A stretch of DNA of 64,000 nt from Marsupella aquatica (GCA_973895155.1 OZ316897.1:2743416-2807415), one strand, 5' to 3'. Shown: positions 12,661-27,566, numbered from the stretch's first letter. Notes: generated by a model not told the origin, from the sequence alone. Translations and numbers: made by a program.

Positions 12661-15600
12661 CTACAACTGCAAAACCTGCAAAGTAGCACAGTGTCTTGAG
12701 AAACTCTCCAAAGGAATCACTTTGGTAAAGGCATCGGCAGGATTGAGCTTTCCATCAATCTTGACTAGCTCAAAAGTTTTATCAGACATTGCTTGCCTAA
12801 TAAAATGGTACCTGATATCAATGTGCTTCACCCTGCTATCCATCACCTGGTTAGCAGCCAAGTGAAGAGCACTCTGACTATCACAATTTAGAGTCATTTT
12901 TCCATGCTCTAAACCCATCTCCGCGATCAACTTATCCAACCAAATTGCTTCCTTTGCAGCTTCTACTGCTGCAACATACTCTGCTTCTGTAGTAGACTGA
13001 GATATGCACTTCTGCAAGATAGATTTCCAACTGATACATCCTCCTCCAAGAGTGTATACAAACCCAGTTGTAGACCTCCTTGTATCCAGACAGCCTCCAT
13101 AGTCAGAATCTACATAGCCAACTAACGTTCTATCTGATCTATTATCAAATAGTAATCCATAGTCCTGTGTACCCTTCAGATACCTGAGAATCCACTTCAC
13201 AGCTTCCCAATGTACCTTCCCTGGATTTGACATGAATTTGCTAACCTTGCCCATCGCTAGGGCCAAGTCAGGCCTAGTACAAGTCATCAAATACATCAGA
13301 CTGCCTACTGCCTTCTCATAAGGAATCTTAGCCATCAGACCTTTCTCCACAGCATCCGTAGGAGAGAAAGCCGATGATAACTTGAAATGTGAAGCTAAAG
13401 GAATACTCACTGGCTTACAATTTTCCATGTTGAATCGTGCAAGTACTTTCCTTGCGTACTGGCCTTGACTCAAACACAACTGTCCAGTCTCAGAGTTCCT
13501 AAAAATCTTCATCCCTAAGATCCTCTTGGCCTTACCAAGATCCTTCATCCTGAATTCAGCACTCAATTTTGCCTTGAGACTGTCAACCTCAGATTGATCT
13601 TTAGCCACAATTAGCATGTCATCCACATAGATTACCAGAATGATGAAACCAAATACATCATTCTTGACTGATTTCGTATACACACAAGGATCATACACCA
13701 TCCTTGTAAAACCTTGAGCAAGCATGAAATCATCAAACCGCTTGTTCCCCTGTCTGGGAGACTGCTTCAATCCATACAAGGACTTGAGCAATCTACAAAC
13801 TAAGTTCTCTTGGCCCTTCTTCATAAAGCCTAGTGGCTGTCTCATGAAGATCAACTCTTCCAAGTTGCCATAGAGAAAAGCAGTAACAATATCCATCTAA
13901 TCCATCACCAGACCAAAAAATACAACAAGCTGACACAAGATCCGAATTATGGAATACTTAACCACCGGTGAAAAGACCTCATTGTAGTCCACTCCTTTCT
14001 CCTGAGTGAACCCTTTGGCAACAAGCCTTGCCTTGTAGATCTTATCTCCACCCTCTGAAGGACTGTCCTTCAACTTGTAAATCCACTTGCTGTCCACCAC
14101 TTGCTGACCTCGTGGAAGCTCCACCAGCTCCCATGTCTTGTTGTCACTCAAAGATTGCAACTCCCTCTGCATTGCTGCATTCCACTCATGCTTCTGCTCT
14201 GAAGCACAAGCCTCACTATACGAAGAAGGTTCTCCTTCTTCCAAGATCAAAGCCATGTCATCATCATCAGGTGCAATGTCAATGTCATCTAGCTTAGATG
14301 AGTCTGCCCATTGACCATACCTGGTAGGAGCTCTAGTAGAACGACTGGAAGTTCTTCTAGTAGATGACTCAGGCTGATATGTTGTTGCTGCTGGTTGAAT
14401 TTGAGGTACCCTAGCAACAATTTGCTCCTCTTGTTCCATCACAGGAACCAGCTCCAAGCCCGGAGCTTCTCCATCTCTCCTGCCATGAACAGCATCATGA
14501 CTAATCTCCCCCTCAACCGGGTCCGGGATGAGAGATTTCCCCTTGTCAGTATGTGAGTCCTGAGAACTCTCCCCCTCCTTTGATGATCTGGACTCATTAA
14601 AGGACACATCTCTATTGACAATTAGCTTACAGGTTACTGGATCCCATAACCTATAACCCTTCACACCTTCCTGATAGCCAAGGAAAATGCACTTCTTCGA
14701 CTTGGACTCCAGCTTGGATCAAAGCTGGGAAGGTGTAAGCACATAAGCATCACATCCAAAAATCCTCAGATGTGAGTAATCTGCTGGTCGCCCGTACCTC
14801 ATTTCAAATGGCGTCTTGAATCCAATAGAACTGGATGGAGAAAAATTTATCAAATAAGCTGTAGTGTTGACAACTTCAGCCCAAAACTCATGTGGTAAGC
14901 ATGATTGACTCAACATACTCCTCGAGCGGTCCAATAGTGTTCGGTTGAGTCTCTCAGAAACATCATTCTGCTGAGGAGTATAACTTGTTGTGAGATGGCG
15001 GGTAATCCCCTGCTCCTTACAATACGTTCCAAATTCACCGGAACTGTATTCACCGCCATTATCCGATCGAAGATATCTCACCTTATTACCAGTTTGATTT
15101 TCAACTTGGGCTTTCCACTCCTTAAAAGTGGCAAAAACATCAGACTTATTGTATAGAAAGTATATCCACACATACCTTGAGTAATCATCAATGAACGTGA
15201 CATAGTATAACCGTCCAGAATGTGAGGGAGTAGGGGCGGGACCCCACACATCACTATGTACATACTCAAGTACCTCCTTGCTGGTGTGAGTTCCAACTCC
15301 GAAGGGTTTCCTGTGCTGCTTCCCTAGCACACAGTGCTCACAAAATTCCAACTTACAAGATTGCAAATTAGAAAGTAATCCTTTCTTCTGAAGAATAACC
15401 AAACCTTTTTCACTCATGTGGCCCAAACGGAAGTGCCACAGCCGGGCCGTCTTCTCATGAGATAAGGTTACATTGGCTTCATCATAGACTACACTGCCCT
15501 CCATAACGTATAGATTGCAATGTCTCTTTCCCTTCAATACAACTTTAGTACCAGTTGAAACCTGAAGGACACCATTAGCAGAACTCCAATGATGGCCATT

Positions 15601-16934
15601 TGCCTCTAAAACTCCAAGTGAAATGAGATTTTTCATCATGCTGGGAATATGTCTCACATTCCTCAATGTTCTCACAACACCATCAAACATCTGAAATCTT
15701 ACAGATCCAAGTCCAACAACTTGACATGGGATTCCATTTCCCATCAACATTGACCCATTGGAAACCGTGTAAGAACTGAAACAATCTCTTCTAGAGCAAA
15801 TGTGAAAAGTACATGCACTATCTAGAATCCAGTCATCACTACCTGGATTTGACACTACGTTGAGAGCATAACCTTGACATCACAATATGTCATCATCATC
15901 GAGTAAATCTACCTCATGCAAGCTCGATGCTGGGTTAGCAGAGGCAGTAGGGACCTTTACTCGACAATCCCTTTTCATGTGGCCTGGCTTGCCACAATTC
16001 CAACATGCAAGAGGCTTCATCTCTTGCGATTTTCCTCTGGATTTAGATCTCCCCCGTGATGTAGATCTAAACCTGTTATGCCCATTCGTGCGCTGCGTTG
16101 CTCTTCCCTGTTCACATTGAGCGCAATGCCAGAAGAAGATGCTGTTTGTGATTGACCCAGCTTCTTCTGAGCATTATCAGACAATAAAGAGCTCACCACC
16201 TCATTATACGAAATGGACTTTAGATCTCTATACAAGAGCACCTGTTTCAAGCCCTGATGAGTCGACGGTAAAGAGCTTAGCAGAAGCAAGGCCTTATCCT
16301 CATCTTCAACTCCTTTTCCCAGGTTTGACAAATCAACCGCTAGACTGTCAAACTCATCCAGGTGATCCTGTATCTTGCTCCCTTCCTTGAGCCTGAGGCT
16401 CATCAAGAGAGACTTCTTGTACAGCCAGTCTGACCCATCTTCCCGGTAGTACTTCTCTCTTAGAGCCTTGAACAGTGATGCGCAATCCGCATAATCATCC
16501 AGCTGCTTGATGATATGCGGCTTGAGATATAGCATCACTGCATTGACAGCAATCACCTGCTCCTGTCTCCATTGCCTCACTGAAATCTCCTCCTCTCCAT
16601 CATACTGCTCTCGCGATGAAAGCAGATGAGCTAAGCCCATGGCCCGTAGAACACCCTTCACTTGCTTCTCTCAGAGCAAGTAATCAGTACGACCATCGTA
16701 CTTCTCCATCTCAAACTTCACTCCTCCAAATCTAGCCATCTCCCTCTTCTTTCCTACTACCGACAGCTCTGGTAGTAACACAACTTCCTCCACTGCACGC
16801 CGCACCGGTGATCGTACCGGTGTTATAAGTTCCTCCTCAAATGGTAGCAGCTCCTCCTCAGACTCTCCGTCTGACCGTCGCAATCCTGAAGCTCCACCGA
16901 CGCCAATTCTTCCAGTATCCTCCGAGTCACTCAT
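12661..16934 (-). pseudogene. Copia gag-pol polyprotein, disrupted
   Basis: Gag, zinc knuckle CWNCGKPGHMKRDC, protease WILDSACTFH, integrase (HFRLGH..CEHC, SDVWGP, SDNGGEY), RT (YKARLVAKG, YVDDML) and RNase H (YVDSDY). In-frame stops at 16671, 14719 and 13897, and a frameshift near 16090. Confidence 0.93.
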
Positions 16935-18476
16935 ATGAAACAATCATGAAAAAACGTCTTTTTTCGAAACTTCTCATAAAACTCAAAACTCAACACCGCC
17001 GCGTAGCCCACGAAGCTAGGAGTCCAATACTGAAATCCGAAATCAAAATCGAAATTCGACAGAAAAGTTATTCAAATTTCAGTCGGGGTGGGTAAAACCT
17101 TGGGAAACTCCCCCGTTTTGACCACCTTGGAGAATAACCGAAATACCAAGTACAACCTGTCGTCGGAATCGCGATGTGATCGGTGCGCCGCATTGCTAAC
17201 TCCAGTGGCAACGTCCTCACCAAAAAAGAACCAAAAAAGTTACCGTGCGGCGGACGGAATCTTTGTGTGACGGCCGAAAAACAGCTCTCTGTTTTTCAGG
17301 AATATTCCCGCACAGTCCAACAGGGCTCACAGGGGGCCGTTCCCCCTATCGGAGCGGTTAAAACGGAGGGCGATAGGTCCCGGCACAAAGGGAAACCAAT
17401 AAGGAGGGAAAAAGAGGCAAAATAATGGCCCTAAAGGGGGTGCTTAAGCCCCTAAACAAAAAATACAGTATAAACTGGCGGGCCCGAAGGGTGTAAGGCC
17501 GGGAGTACGCCTTGGGAATTCTCGGGCAGTGTATTAGAGCGAATGCGTACGCAGCTGCGTACACATGCAGGGCCGGTCATACGACGTCAGGGCGGGGCCA
17601 AGGCAATGACTGGCGTGGTATGGCGGAGGGCATACGAGCGCGCGAAAAGCGCCGGCCGGAATTGCACAGCTCGTCGTCGCGGCTGAAGGATGAGGGGAAA
17701 ACAAGGTGCGGGGGGGGGAGTCGGGAGGGTGTGTATACACACCAAAAGTGGCCCAAACCTAAGCCAAAAATTGACTTTATAACAAAAATGTCGTTTACAC
17801 ACCTTAACAGTTGCCGTTTCCAATGAGAAAAGTGAATGCCGCCGACGGTAAATGTGGCCAAATTGCACCGGCACAGTCTGCAGCTCCACCAGAGAAAGAA
17901 CTTTTGTTGCGTCGCCTTCACTCCGCGTCAAGTGCCAATCCCGGACTCAAAACGACCGACTCGCCTCGATCTCTTCGTTGACCCTCAGCACTTCGCGTTT
18001 CTTCCTCCGAGTCAAGCATCACGATGAGTAATCCGGTTTAGGGAAAAACAAGCACCATGGCTTGTCAAAAAACCAGAACGCCTCCTTCACTCGTCACGAC
18101 GCACTCGTTCCGCAAACGTCAGCAAACTAGATACCAAAACGACCAGCACACTCCAACCTTCAACTTGAACTATCACATGCGACGCCCTGCACACCGCACA
18201 ACTCACACCGTTGAAGAAACGATCTCTGGTTTCTCCCCCGAAATACCGTCAAACACGAATAAACCCTGAACGACGCAAACTTCAATTCCTCCGCACCACG
18301 AATACCGATCAGCGAGCTCTAACCACCGTTAGAATGCCCTCTCACGAACCTATCCGCTCAGCCACACACAATCAAGTTTCATGCGACAAAACTCTGAATG
18401 TACCATCGACAATGAACGCTGGAAAAACCTGTCACGAAAAAACCTCGTCACCTCCTGGGCATGCTCTGATACCACT

Positions 18477-18820
18477 TGTTGAGCATAGACGACATTCGCA
18501 ACGGCAAGCCCATGAACCATCCAACGCACAATAGTCGACATAGAGAGATACGTGGTTCACCTCCACATGAGGCTACGTCCACGGGAACACACAAGAGCTT
18601 TACTGCACTCTAGGCCGATCGGCCATACCAAGCATCCACAGCACAAGCTCTCCCTATCTCTCAACTAGCTCCGTAACAATGAGCCTAAGTTTCACCAGGG
18701 TCTAGCATCAGCCCTGGCTATATGCACAACATCACTACCGCTAACATTAGCTAAGTCCTAACCCGAGTTAGACTAACTGTGGTTAGCTCATGAGTCACAA
18801 GACTAGAGCAATATCTAACA
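18477..18820 (-). repeat. 5' LTR of copia element
   Basis: Direct repeat of 12111-12454, adjacent to the iMet PBS. Confidence 0.95.
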
Positions 18821-21800
18821 CTCTGATCAAAAGTGTTGTTGTCATCGTATCCCTAGCTATGGCCGCTGCAGCACATCTAAGCCAGCAGTCAATTGTTGAA
18901 GTTTGCACGAAGGTCAAACTTTAACTGCACACACAGCTAAAGAATGCAGCTGAAGTTAAGATGCAAAGTTCAGACACAACGTTTTCATATGTACAGAAAG
19001 GGGCAAAAAACATCGGGAGTTTGTGAGGGGCCCTTTGTAAAAACACAGTGCTCGGTGTGCTTACACAGAGGGGAAAGAACTTTGGGAGTTTGTGAGGCAG
19101 GGAGGAAAAACATGGGGCAGGTCTGTGAGGGACTTGGTGGCTGTTTGGCCTCCTCCCGGGTCTGAACAAAGGCCCCGAGCGAGAATGGGTCGCAACGGGG
19201 AAGGGGAAGGGGAGTTAATGGTAGGTTAATCCGGACCAATGATGCCTTGACACGTTGCACCGGGAACCCCTTGGTGGGTTTACACTAAGCCATATACGGA
19301 ATGGGGGACAAACTGACAAATAATTTGGTTTGGGGGACAAGGTATCAAATTTGGCAAGTTAGGTGGGCAGGGTAATAAAAAAGCATTTTATTGAATTGGG
19401 TGTCATTAATAAAATACATTGAATTAAAGTTTATGATTTTCATTGAATTGAGTGTCATTAATAATGTACATTGAATTAATAAATGCACACATTGTAACAC
19501 CTTTGTGTCATAGCACTTGACTCTACTGTTCATTGGTCATTCACTATGTGCTTTTCTTTACATGTGTTCTGTTTACATTATTTTATGATGAATGTACTTG
19601 CAAGTACCTTGAGGAGATCAAGGGGAAGACAGGATTGGATCATGAGAGCGGGCGTAGCGCTGCGCTGCAACGATGGTGTGGGGCAGGGCTGCCTCTTGTG
19701 CACGCCAAGGGGAGGGAAGGGAGTTGGGGTGATGATCTGGGGAGCGTCCCTAAACCCTAAACCCGGTTGGGGGGGCCATAATGGCGCTCTCCCCCTCTTG
19801 GAGGAGTGGCCGTGCATGCGGCCGGCCCTCCTCCCTCTTGGTTCGCTGTGTTGACTCGGGTTCCGTGGTGGTGTCTGGCTGCCTGGTGGTTGTTGGCTTT
19901 GGGTTTGCTGCGGAGTTTTCTGTGGTGGCTGTTGGGCTCACCCTGCTCGATACCGGGGCTGCCCTCTGCACCCTTGGTGGCCGGGCCAGGGGGTTGATGC
20001 CCCGGTTGCCGGGCTGGGGGGTTGGTGCTGCTGCCCCTGGGTTTCCACGTCGGGTAGTTGGTGTTACTTCCGGTTGACACCTTGGTCTGCGCTCCTGCCG
20101 GTTCTTCCTTGAAGTCCTTCCCGTCCCCCCCCCCCTTTATTGGGTTCTTTAATTTGCCTTTGGGTTCATGTCTCCTGGTTTGGCGTTCCTGTCGTTTTCT
20201 GGGCATAAGATATATATTCACACTTAATATGTATTCTTTCTACTCTTGTATTTTATTCACTTACATATCACTATAAGACAAAATATCAAGCATGTTCCAG
20301 GATGAGCATTCTATATAGGTTTCTAGATAATTCAATAAGTGTAAATACCCACCAATATGTATGTGTGTGGAAAAAGTTATGGAACCGTAAAATGCATGAC
20401 CATGAGAAGTTAGAGTATAGGCTTCTAGACAAGGGCCCCACCAATATGTATGTCATCATGGTGGTGTTCTTGCTGTGATCTGTGTTCTCACGAGGACATT
20501 CTCCATTGCTTTTTGGTCGTGTCCAATTTTTCAGAAGATCTGGGTTTGGATCTTTGCTATTATTCAGCGTGCTGTTGGGCTGAATGTTGCCATCTTCCAA
20601 TTTGAGGCTGTTCATGTTTTCTTGGTGCATCACTTCCACATAATTGTGGTATTCCTCTTAATATCTGGCACATTGTTAGAGGGAGTACTATCTGGCAGAC
20701 ATGGAAAGCTCGTTGTACTTTGGAGAAGGAAGCACTTCTACTCTCTGTCTTGTGTATCCAGAGCATCATCTGGTCAGAGATCCGTTTATGTTTACGGGTT
20801 ATTTGGCAGAACGGATGGAAAAACCATAAAGAGAAGCGTGATTGTTGGCAGGAGTTGGTTGGCAAGTTGAAAAGAGGCGGGTCGTGATGGAGGCCTTTAT
20901 GAGTTAATAGATGAATGCTTCATTGTTGATTACGGCCCACTATGGGCCTTTGATCCTCCTTGAGATCGTTTTTGTACCAGTCTATTGGTTTCACTTGTAG
21001 TTTGCTGTGATCCAGGGCTGAATAGTTCAGTTTCTTTTGGTTTTTATGTGGCAATTAGTTATTCCGTTAGTTGGATTTTCCCTGGTTTATAGATGCTCAG
21101 ATCTTGGTTATTGGCTGGATCTCTTCCTGTTCTCGGGCTGAGTTGGCCCTCATCTTTGCTTTGGCTGCTTAGCTGGTTTCTCTGAGTGAGTCACTCAGGG
21201 TCACACAGGTTACTTCCCTGTTTAGTTTAATCTTGTTCCCTTTCCCTCTTGGCTGAATGTTGTGGTCTTGGTGTGGATTCTGGCCTTTGTTCCTTTTTTG
21301 GTTCCCACCTGTGACTCCCTGGTTTTATTGGGTTATACTTGTCTTACAAGTAAAGTGCTCCTTTCAAGGAAGAAAAAGAAAATGTTATGGAACCTTAAAA
21401 TGCAAAAGGACGATCATACATGATGATTTTTATTATCATTTCTCATGATGATTGTTGGTATCATTTCTATGAGAGATATGATTGAAAACCTTTAAAATAA
21501 AAATCATTACTTGAGGGGCCCATGAGTGATCCACACCCTTGGTATGCCTGAAATGAACGGATCTAAAATCTCATGGGGCCTGTCCATAAAGTAACACTTT
21601 TTTTTTCACTTTAGGTGTCACAAGTATGAAGTATCTCTCTCATCATTTCTTTCATGAAAGTTCATCATTTCTGTTAACTTTCAGTCTCGGGCGTTCTCCA
21701 TATTCCATTTACGTGATGCACTCGTGACGGAGTCCCTCACGGAGCGGACCAGTAGTGGAGAGCATAGCTGGAAGCAAGAGAACGTCACGATGCGTGCAAT

Positions 21801-22611
21801 GTTTGAAGCATTGTCCTCGATAAAGTACCGTAGTACTGTCCTGTAGCTTGCACCCTTGCGCTGCGCGAGTGCGTGGTCCCGGAGACAGAAAAAGAGAGCG
21901 GGTCGGTCCGGTCGGACCACTGGACGACTGCGATACAGAGGTGGCGAGTACGCCGTCCTCATGAACAGAAACATACGGTGGCATCGAAGGATTCGAAGCT
22001 CTGCAATAATCCTGACTCGGATTCTACCCCTGTGTGGTTGGTTGGATTATTTTGTATCAGTCTGCCTACCTGGTTTCTGGCGGGAGGATCGTTAAACGAG
22101 CATGTGCAGATATTCCTTCGAGGTTCCGATGTGCTCGTGGCTGTCATAGTAGTCCCGCTCCTCGTTCATTCATTAGTGGTTCATTCTCCGGCCCGTTCGT
22201 TGAATGCTGCATTGCGTCCACTGTGCTTCGTTCATTTTCCCGGTTACAAGAAGAAATAACACGCCGGGGTGATCTCGTCGAGGGACCATCGGTTATTATT
22301 AGTCCTTCAGTACACCAGGTGAGCTGGTGAGGCGTAACCACCGTTTTTCTTTGCTGTACTTGCATTCGGTTTGTAATAAGACGTTGGAAACCTTTCGTAG
22401 AAGTTGAGGTATTTTGTTTCGAGTGGCGGGGCGGATTAGCGCGGACAGAGGTATGCAGGCCGTGTTCCTGCTTTTCTGTTCTTTTAGATCTTTTGCCTCG
22501 CTGCATCGTTTTGGCGGTGGTTGGGCACTTCGCAGTCTGGCTCGTTGTCGATCTTTCTATTTTCACGCACGCGTCTAAGTTGTGGAGATATCCTCCTTGT
22601 GCAGCGGCGAC

Positions 22612-25600
22612 ATGGATTTGGCGACGCAAACCGGAGGAGGCATCGCTCGGACTAAAGTTGTCAATGCAGTCGATGAGTACGCATCTGGACGCTGTGCTCA
22701 CAATTTCTTGCGTGCTTTCCTTTCTTGAAATGTTTGTTACTAGTGGAATCTAGTGAGACAGAGAGAGGGAGAGAGGACTCTCATTAGCCATGCCATACGC
22801 CGGCCGCTGCGGTACATCGGCACATTTTGTAGCATATTCATTCATCCGGAGACTAAATGGTGAATCACTTGTTCCTTCTTGCTTTTTGTCCTTTAGAGAT
22901 CAGACCAATTTATCACTTCATTCTCTCTTCCACGATCGATCGACCTTGAATTCGCGCTGTCTCTCTTTTTCGTGGGGGCTCTCATGATTGCGGACACTAT
23001 TTTTCTCTCTCGCTGCATTGCGTCGCTCTGTGATTTTACGACATTGCCTTTTGGATCCTCCTCCTGCCTTTAGACATGTGTTAGACACGGATCCTCTGCG
23101 TCCATCCTCAAGTGTAGGCGTCGATTTCATATCAAATCCGTCTCAGGCTCGTGTGGCAAAGTTGTCGGAATGCAGTTGTCACGTTTCGTCTGTCTTAGCT
23201 CCGCTGATTGAACTTTAAGATATCTCCTGGAGATACGGCACAGCATTTTCATAGTTGAAACAGTTTATTGGCAGAAGCAGTTTATTTCAAAGTTAAAGAG
23301 AGCTCTACAACCTCCACACCGTCTATAGTGGACTTCCAAATCCATATCGGATAGTGTTTCTGTCAATCAGAGATGTGAGAAGTTTGTTCGACGACGGGTT
23401 CATTGGAACTTGTCTGTGGCCAGCTGTAGGATGTTTAGAACTTATATGCTCTCTGTGAGGACAAGTCAAAGCTATGCTTCTGTGTCCCTGGTTTGCGCGA
23501 GCTCTGAAATATTTCAGAGCACCTGAAATTGATATCAGTTCTTCAACGGATTTGCACACGGTGTAAAGTGCATCGATATATGTAAGGAAGCTACGACTAA
23601 GTCTTGCCTGTCGTCTCACAAGATCATCTCAAACATTTTGCAGCTATGAGAAATATCATACACAATACGGTGGAGATGAAGAGAAACGAAAGTCGAATTA
23701 CACAGATATGGTGAGATCGTCTTGGCTGCGGTGTTTCCCTTACGCTCAAGGCGTGTTTTTCCAAAGCTTTTCGCTCCGCTTTTCCATTCAAGCAGTTGAA
23801 ATGTCTGAAGGTCGACTGAAGCACCTCTTGCGTATCCGACGGCAGTCTATTATCTCATCTCATCTTCTTCTTATCTGACTGGGAACGACGTTTAGTACAC
23901 ACAATGTATGAATGCAACTCTATCCCTGTTAAAGTTCGTGCCTTGCTTTCACCTAACTGAAACATTAGCAATAATCATTGTTACAGTGCGAGTCTCATAA
24001 CCAGGGTGGCGTCCAATTTTGTGCCAGGTTAACAAATACTACGACCTGGTAACCAGTTTCTACGAGTACGGGTGGGGGGAAGCATTCCATTTTGCTCACA
24101 GGTATTTGTTTCCTTTCATGTTTTCGTGATGTCGGTTAATTCATTCATCCGCCTCCGAGTGCTTAGCAGACACAGTCTTTAGTACGCTCTGGAAACCCAA
24201 ATCTTGAAAGTTTAATGGGAGTCGCGGAACTGAATGCGTTTGGAAAGGCTCTTCAATCTCTAATGTTTTTCTCCACCTCAAGTTATTATTTGCTTTACGC
24301 AGGTGGAATGGTGAGTCTCTGAGGGAAAGTATCAAGCGGCACGAGCATTTCCTCGCTCTCAGTCTGGGACTACAACCTGGCCAAAAGGTTTGAACCCGAG
24401 CATTGTGTGCTAGTCGCTGATGATATTAGGAGACCTGCTGAGTAACTTTGGTCAGATACTACAATCTAAAACGGAAAAAGGCGTCTGTCGTTAGATAATT
24501 TGGGTATTTACAATTAGGTCGTCGTGAAGGTCGCAGAGCTAGTTCAAGGACACGAATGATAGCAAGACAATTACAGGATTTCTACCCATTCGTCACTTCA
24601 GAATCTGGTGTCTCCGCTGTAGTGCTAAACTTCGTTTTCTGATCACACCCGGTGCTTGGCTAGGACCTTGACACTGGCGCTGAATGCGGCTCCTTAAAAC
24701 TTTCACGGTTTCTTTTTTCTGTATGCCAGGTTCTGGATGTTGGTTGCGGGATCGGTGGTCCGCTCAGAGAGATAGCTAGATTCAGGTGCTTGTAATTTTC
24801 AGCTGTTACCCTCATCCAACCAATCTGCTTTTCTATCGGTGTCGTTCACAGTCTCCCATAGTGGGCTTCTTGCACAATCTAGCTTTTCGCATTTGTAGAT
24901 GCACTAGTTTAGAGCTGAAGACATTTTGGAAAAAATTGATAATTAAATTTTCGGTTGCAGTGGAGCTCACGTGACGGGTCTCAACAACAATGCTTACCAA
25001 ATTTCAAGGGGCCAAGTATGTCCTGAAACTCATGAAAAGCTTGAAGTTTGAATATGGTCACCACATGTAAATGTGTCCAAGAAATGTCACGTTCTTAAGT
25101 ATAGAGCCTGTCAGCTGCTTTAGAAACGAACGTTTTGAGGCAGATGGTCTCTCGTACCTTAGTTGTTACAAGTCATCTAGATGTTGGCCGTTGAAGATGC
25201 TACTTGTTCTGAGCTGAATGTCGTAATTTGCAGGTGCTCAACCAAAAGAAGGGCCTAGACAAAACCTGCGATTTTATGAAAGTATGTATGTTTCAGCGTA
25301 ACGAGATACGTGCTTTTTCACTTCTGTACTTTTACCCTGCTGACGTGGTGAATTTCTCACTCATCCTTGTACCAATGTGCAGGCAGATTTCATGAAAGTT
25401 CCAGTGCCAGATAACACATACGATGCTGTGTACGCAATTGAAGCAACTTGCCATGCCCCTGATCCGGTCTGCTGCCGCCCGATGTTGTCTTACCTCGTTA
25501 CATTAGTGCAAGAAACTGATTGCGAGACTTTCTCCATATGCATTACAAGAGGATGAACTATCCTTTCACCTTTCTGTCATAGTCAGCTGATAGATAGCTC

Positions 25601-27566
25601 TCTGGTCAATGTCCTAAGGTTGTTATTCTCCGCTGCAGGTTGCTTGCTATTCGGAAATGAAGCGGGTTCTAAAGCCTGGGCAATATTTTGCTGGCTATGA
25701 ATGGGTGATGACAGAGGCTTACGATCCCGAAAGCGATGTCCACAATAAGATTAAGGTAAGCTGCCCTGGACACTCTTTTCTGCGGTCTGTTTAGGGCACT
25801 CAGGTGTCTGAGACTGTCAGCAGGATGCTTAAGCCATTGCAACAGATTGTCTCTGTTCTTCCTTTTGGTATGACCTTCACAAATTCTGTGGACATGGGAC
25901 GCAACCTCGTCATGCTTGACTTGAGAGTAGTTGAACCCTTAGACCAACGAGGCTGACAATGGGTGTCAGTAGAGATCCACATTGTAGGAGCTTTTGTTAG
26001 ATGATAATCTTGCAGACTTCACCATTCGCCCTTTACAAGTAATGTAGTTGTCCTAAGGTAGCGGGCTTCAGCATGCTCCAGTGCAAGATTTAACATGCTT
26101 TCAACATATACAATTCAACATGGTAGGATGACGATTTAGAAACTGCGCCATACATTCCACAAACAAACTTGTCTTCATTTGGCATTCAAACTGACTTTAT
26201 GAGAAAGGGATACGCATCGATAATCTTTCTCAGCGCTATCCTAGAGGTGCTGAAAAAGTCTGCCTCACTGGAACGCTCTCAAATCGGATACTTTTTGAAT
26301 TCCGCAGGCAGATGTCGAAATTGGAAATGGGTTACCGGAGATTCGAACAGGACAGCAAGTTGTTGAGGCACTCAAGGCAGCAGGGTTCGAGGTCTGTCCT
26401 CAACCGTGCTTCCTTTGACTTAACTGTTTCAGCATTTGAATCTTTAATATTTACCATCCCTTGCATTACAAAACGCATGTTTCGTTGCCTATGTATTGAT
26501 AATCTCTTTGCTTTCGCTGTCGCCAAAGATCCCTTTCCTGCAAAGGAAGTCTCAACTACAGTCAATAATTAGCATCTGTTGTTGGATTGTCTTTTTGCTC
26601 ACCTGAAACTAGGGAATATGGTTTCGTTTTGCATGGACTATATACAGTAGAAAGTGAAGCTCTGAAATGCTGCATGCAGACTTTGTGTTGTCTGTAATGG
26701 CTAAGTTGGCTCCTTGGTGTAGGTGATCAGGGTAGAAGATCTTGTCAAAAGTGCAGAGGTTCCTTGGTATCAACCTTTGGATCCTGATCATTTTTCACTG
26801 AGCAGCTTCCGAGTCACCAGACTTGGTCGCTTCGTCACGCGCAACTTGGTATGTCGATTGCCCTACTGCTGCTTGACGTAGATAGGGTCTAGCCGACCGG
26901 GCTGATTGGTGATTGTTAGCTTGTAATGGGCTATTGACTAAGCTCATTGTAATGTTTTTATGTTGTCTATTTATTGAGTGATTAAAGGAAGCATTGCCCT
27001 TGCCATTTAGTGCACCTTATTTTAATCAACCCGTAGAGACAGCTGTTGAAACCCGTGGCCTGTAATCTGTCTATTGAACCTCGTGAGCATTCAAAACCTG
27101 AGACCATAGCATTGAATTGTAAGGCCCTTCCCTTTGCGAGGTGCAGATATGGTGGCGTGGGTTCACGGACGTTGAATGATGTGATTTGTTAATGGCTTTG
27201 TAATTCTGCAACGACCCCTAAAGCTAAGATTTACAGGGCAGCCATCGTTATGCTTTTGTCGTTGATTTGTTCTGCGTGATGCCTTCAGGTGACCTGCCTG
27301 GAAGCTATTAAGTTGGCTCCTGCTGGTAGCGTGCGTGTCAGTAATTTCTTGGAAACAGCTGCAAATGGTCTTGTGGAAGGGGGCAAGTAAGTTCAACTGT
27401 TGTGCATGAAACTCTTCAGTCAAATTCCCTTACTTACCTGATGACCTACTGTTCACTCTAGGATACAGGTATCACATCTGACACAGAGCTTTGTGTTGTT
27501 ATCCTCTGCAGGAAAGAGATATTTTCGCCACTGTATTTTTTCTTGGTTCGTAAGCCCCTGGAATGA
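22612..27566 (+). CDS. SMT1: Cycloartenol-C24-methyltransferase (sterol methyltransferase 1), 13 coding exons, 337 aa
   Basis: GT-AG exons 22612-22676, 23644-23710, 24028-24101, 24303-24387, 24730-24785, 24961-25015, 25234-25281, 25383-25466, 25639-25755, 26308-26391, 26723-26848, 27289-27386 and 27512-27566 join in frame (1014 nt). Motifs: MDLA start, [44 protein letters not shown], terminal RKP. Confidence 0.95.

Larger units (their letters stand above)
12111..18820 (-). mobile_element. Full-length Ty1/copia LTR retrotransposon (Tnt1/Tork-like), decayed
   Basis: 344-bp TG...CA LTRs (12111-12454, 18477-18820) with 3 differences seen. 5-bp TSD ctctg. tRNA-iMet PBS tggtatcagagc (18463-18474) and PPT next to 12455. 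Domain order GAG-PR-INT-RT-RH. Confidence 0.96.
11135..19385. mobile_element. Non-autonomous long-TIR element, Mutator-like (~1.5 kb without the nested copia)
   Basis: ~11137-11471 is the reverse complement of ~18981-19384 (e.g. taacttgccaaatttgataccttgtccccc / gggggacaaggtatcaaatttggcaagtta). Candidate ~10-bp TSD ttttgttgaa / ttttattgaa with one mismatch. Confidence 0.72.

Noticed and set aside
16935-18462. ORFs in the GC-rich copia leader as an extra gene
   Set aside because: Overlapping short ORFs on both strands with no motif, as expected from high GC content.
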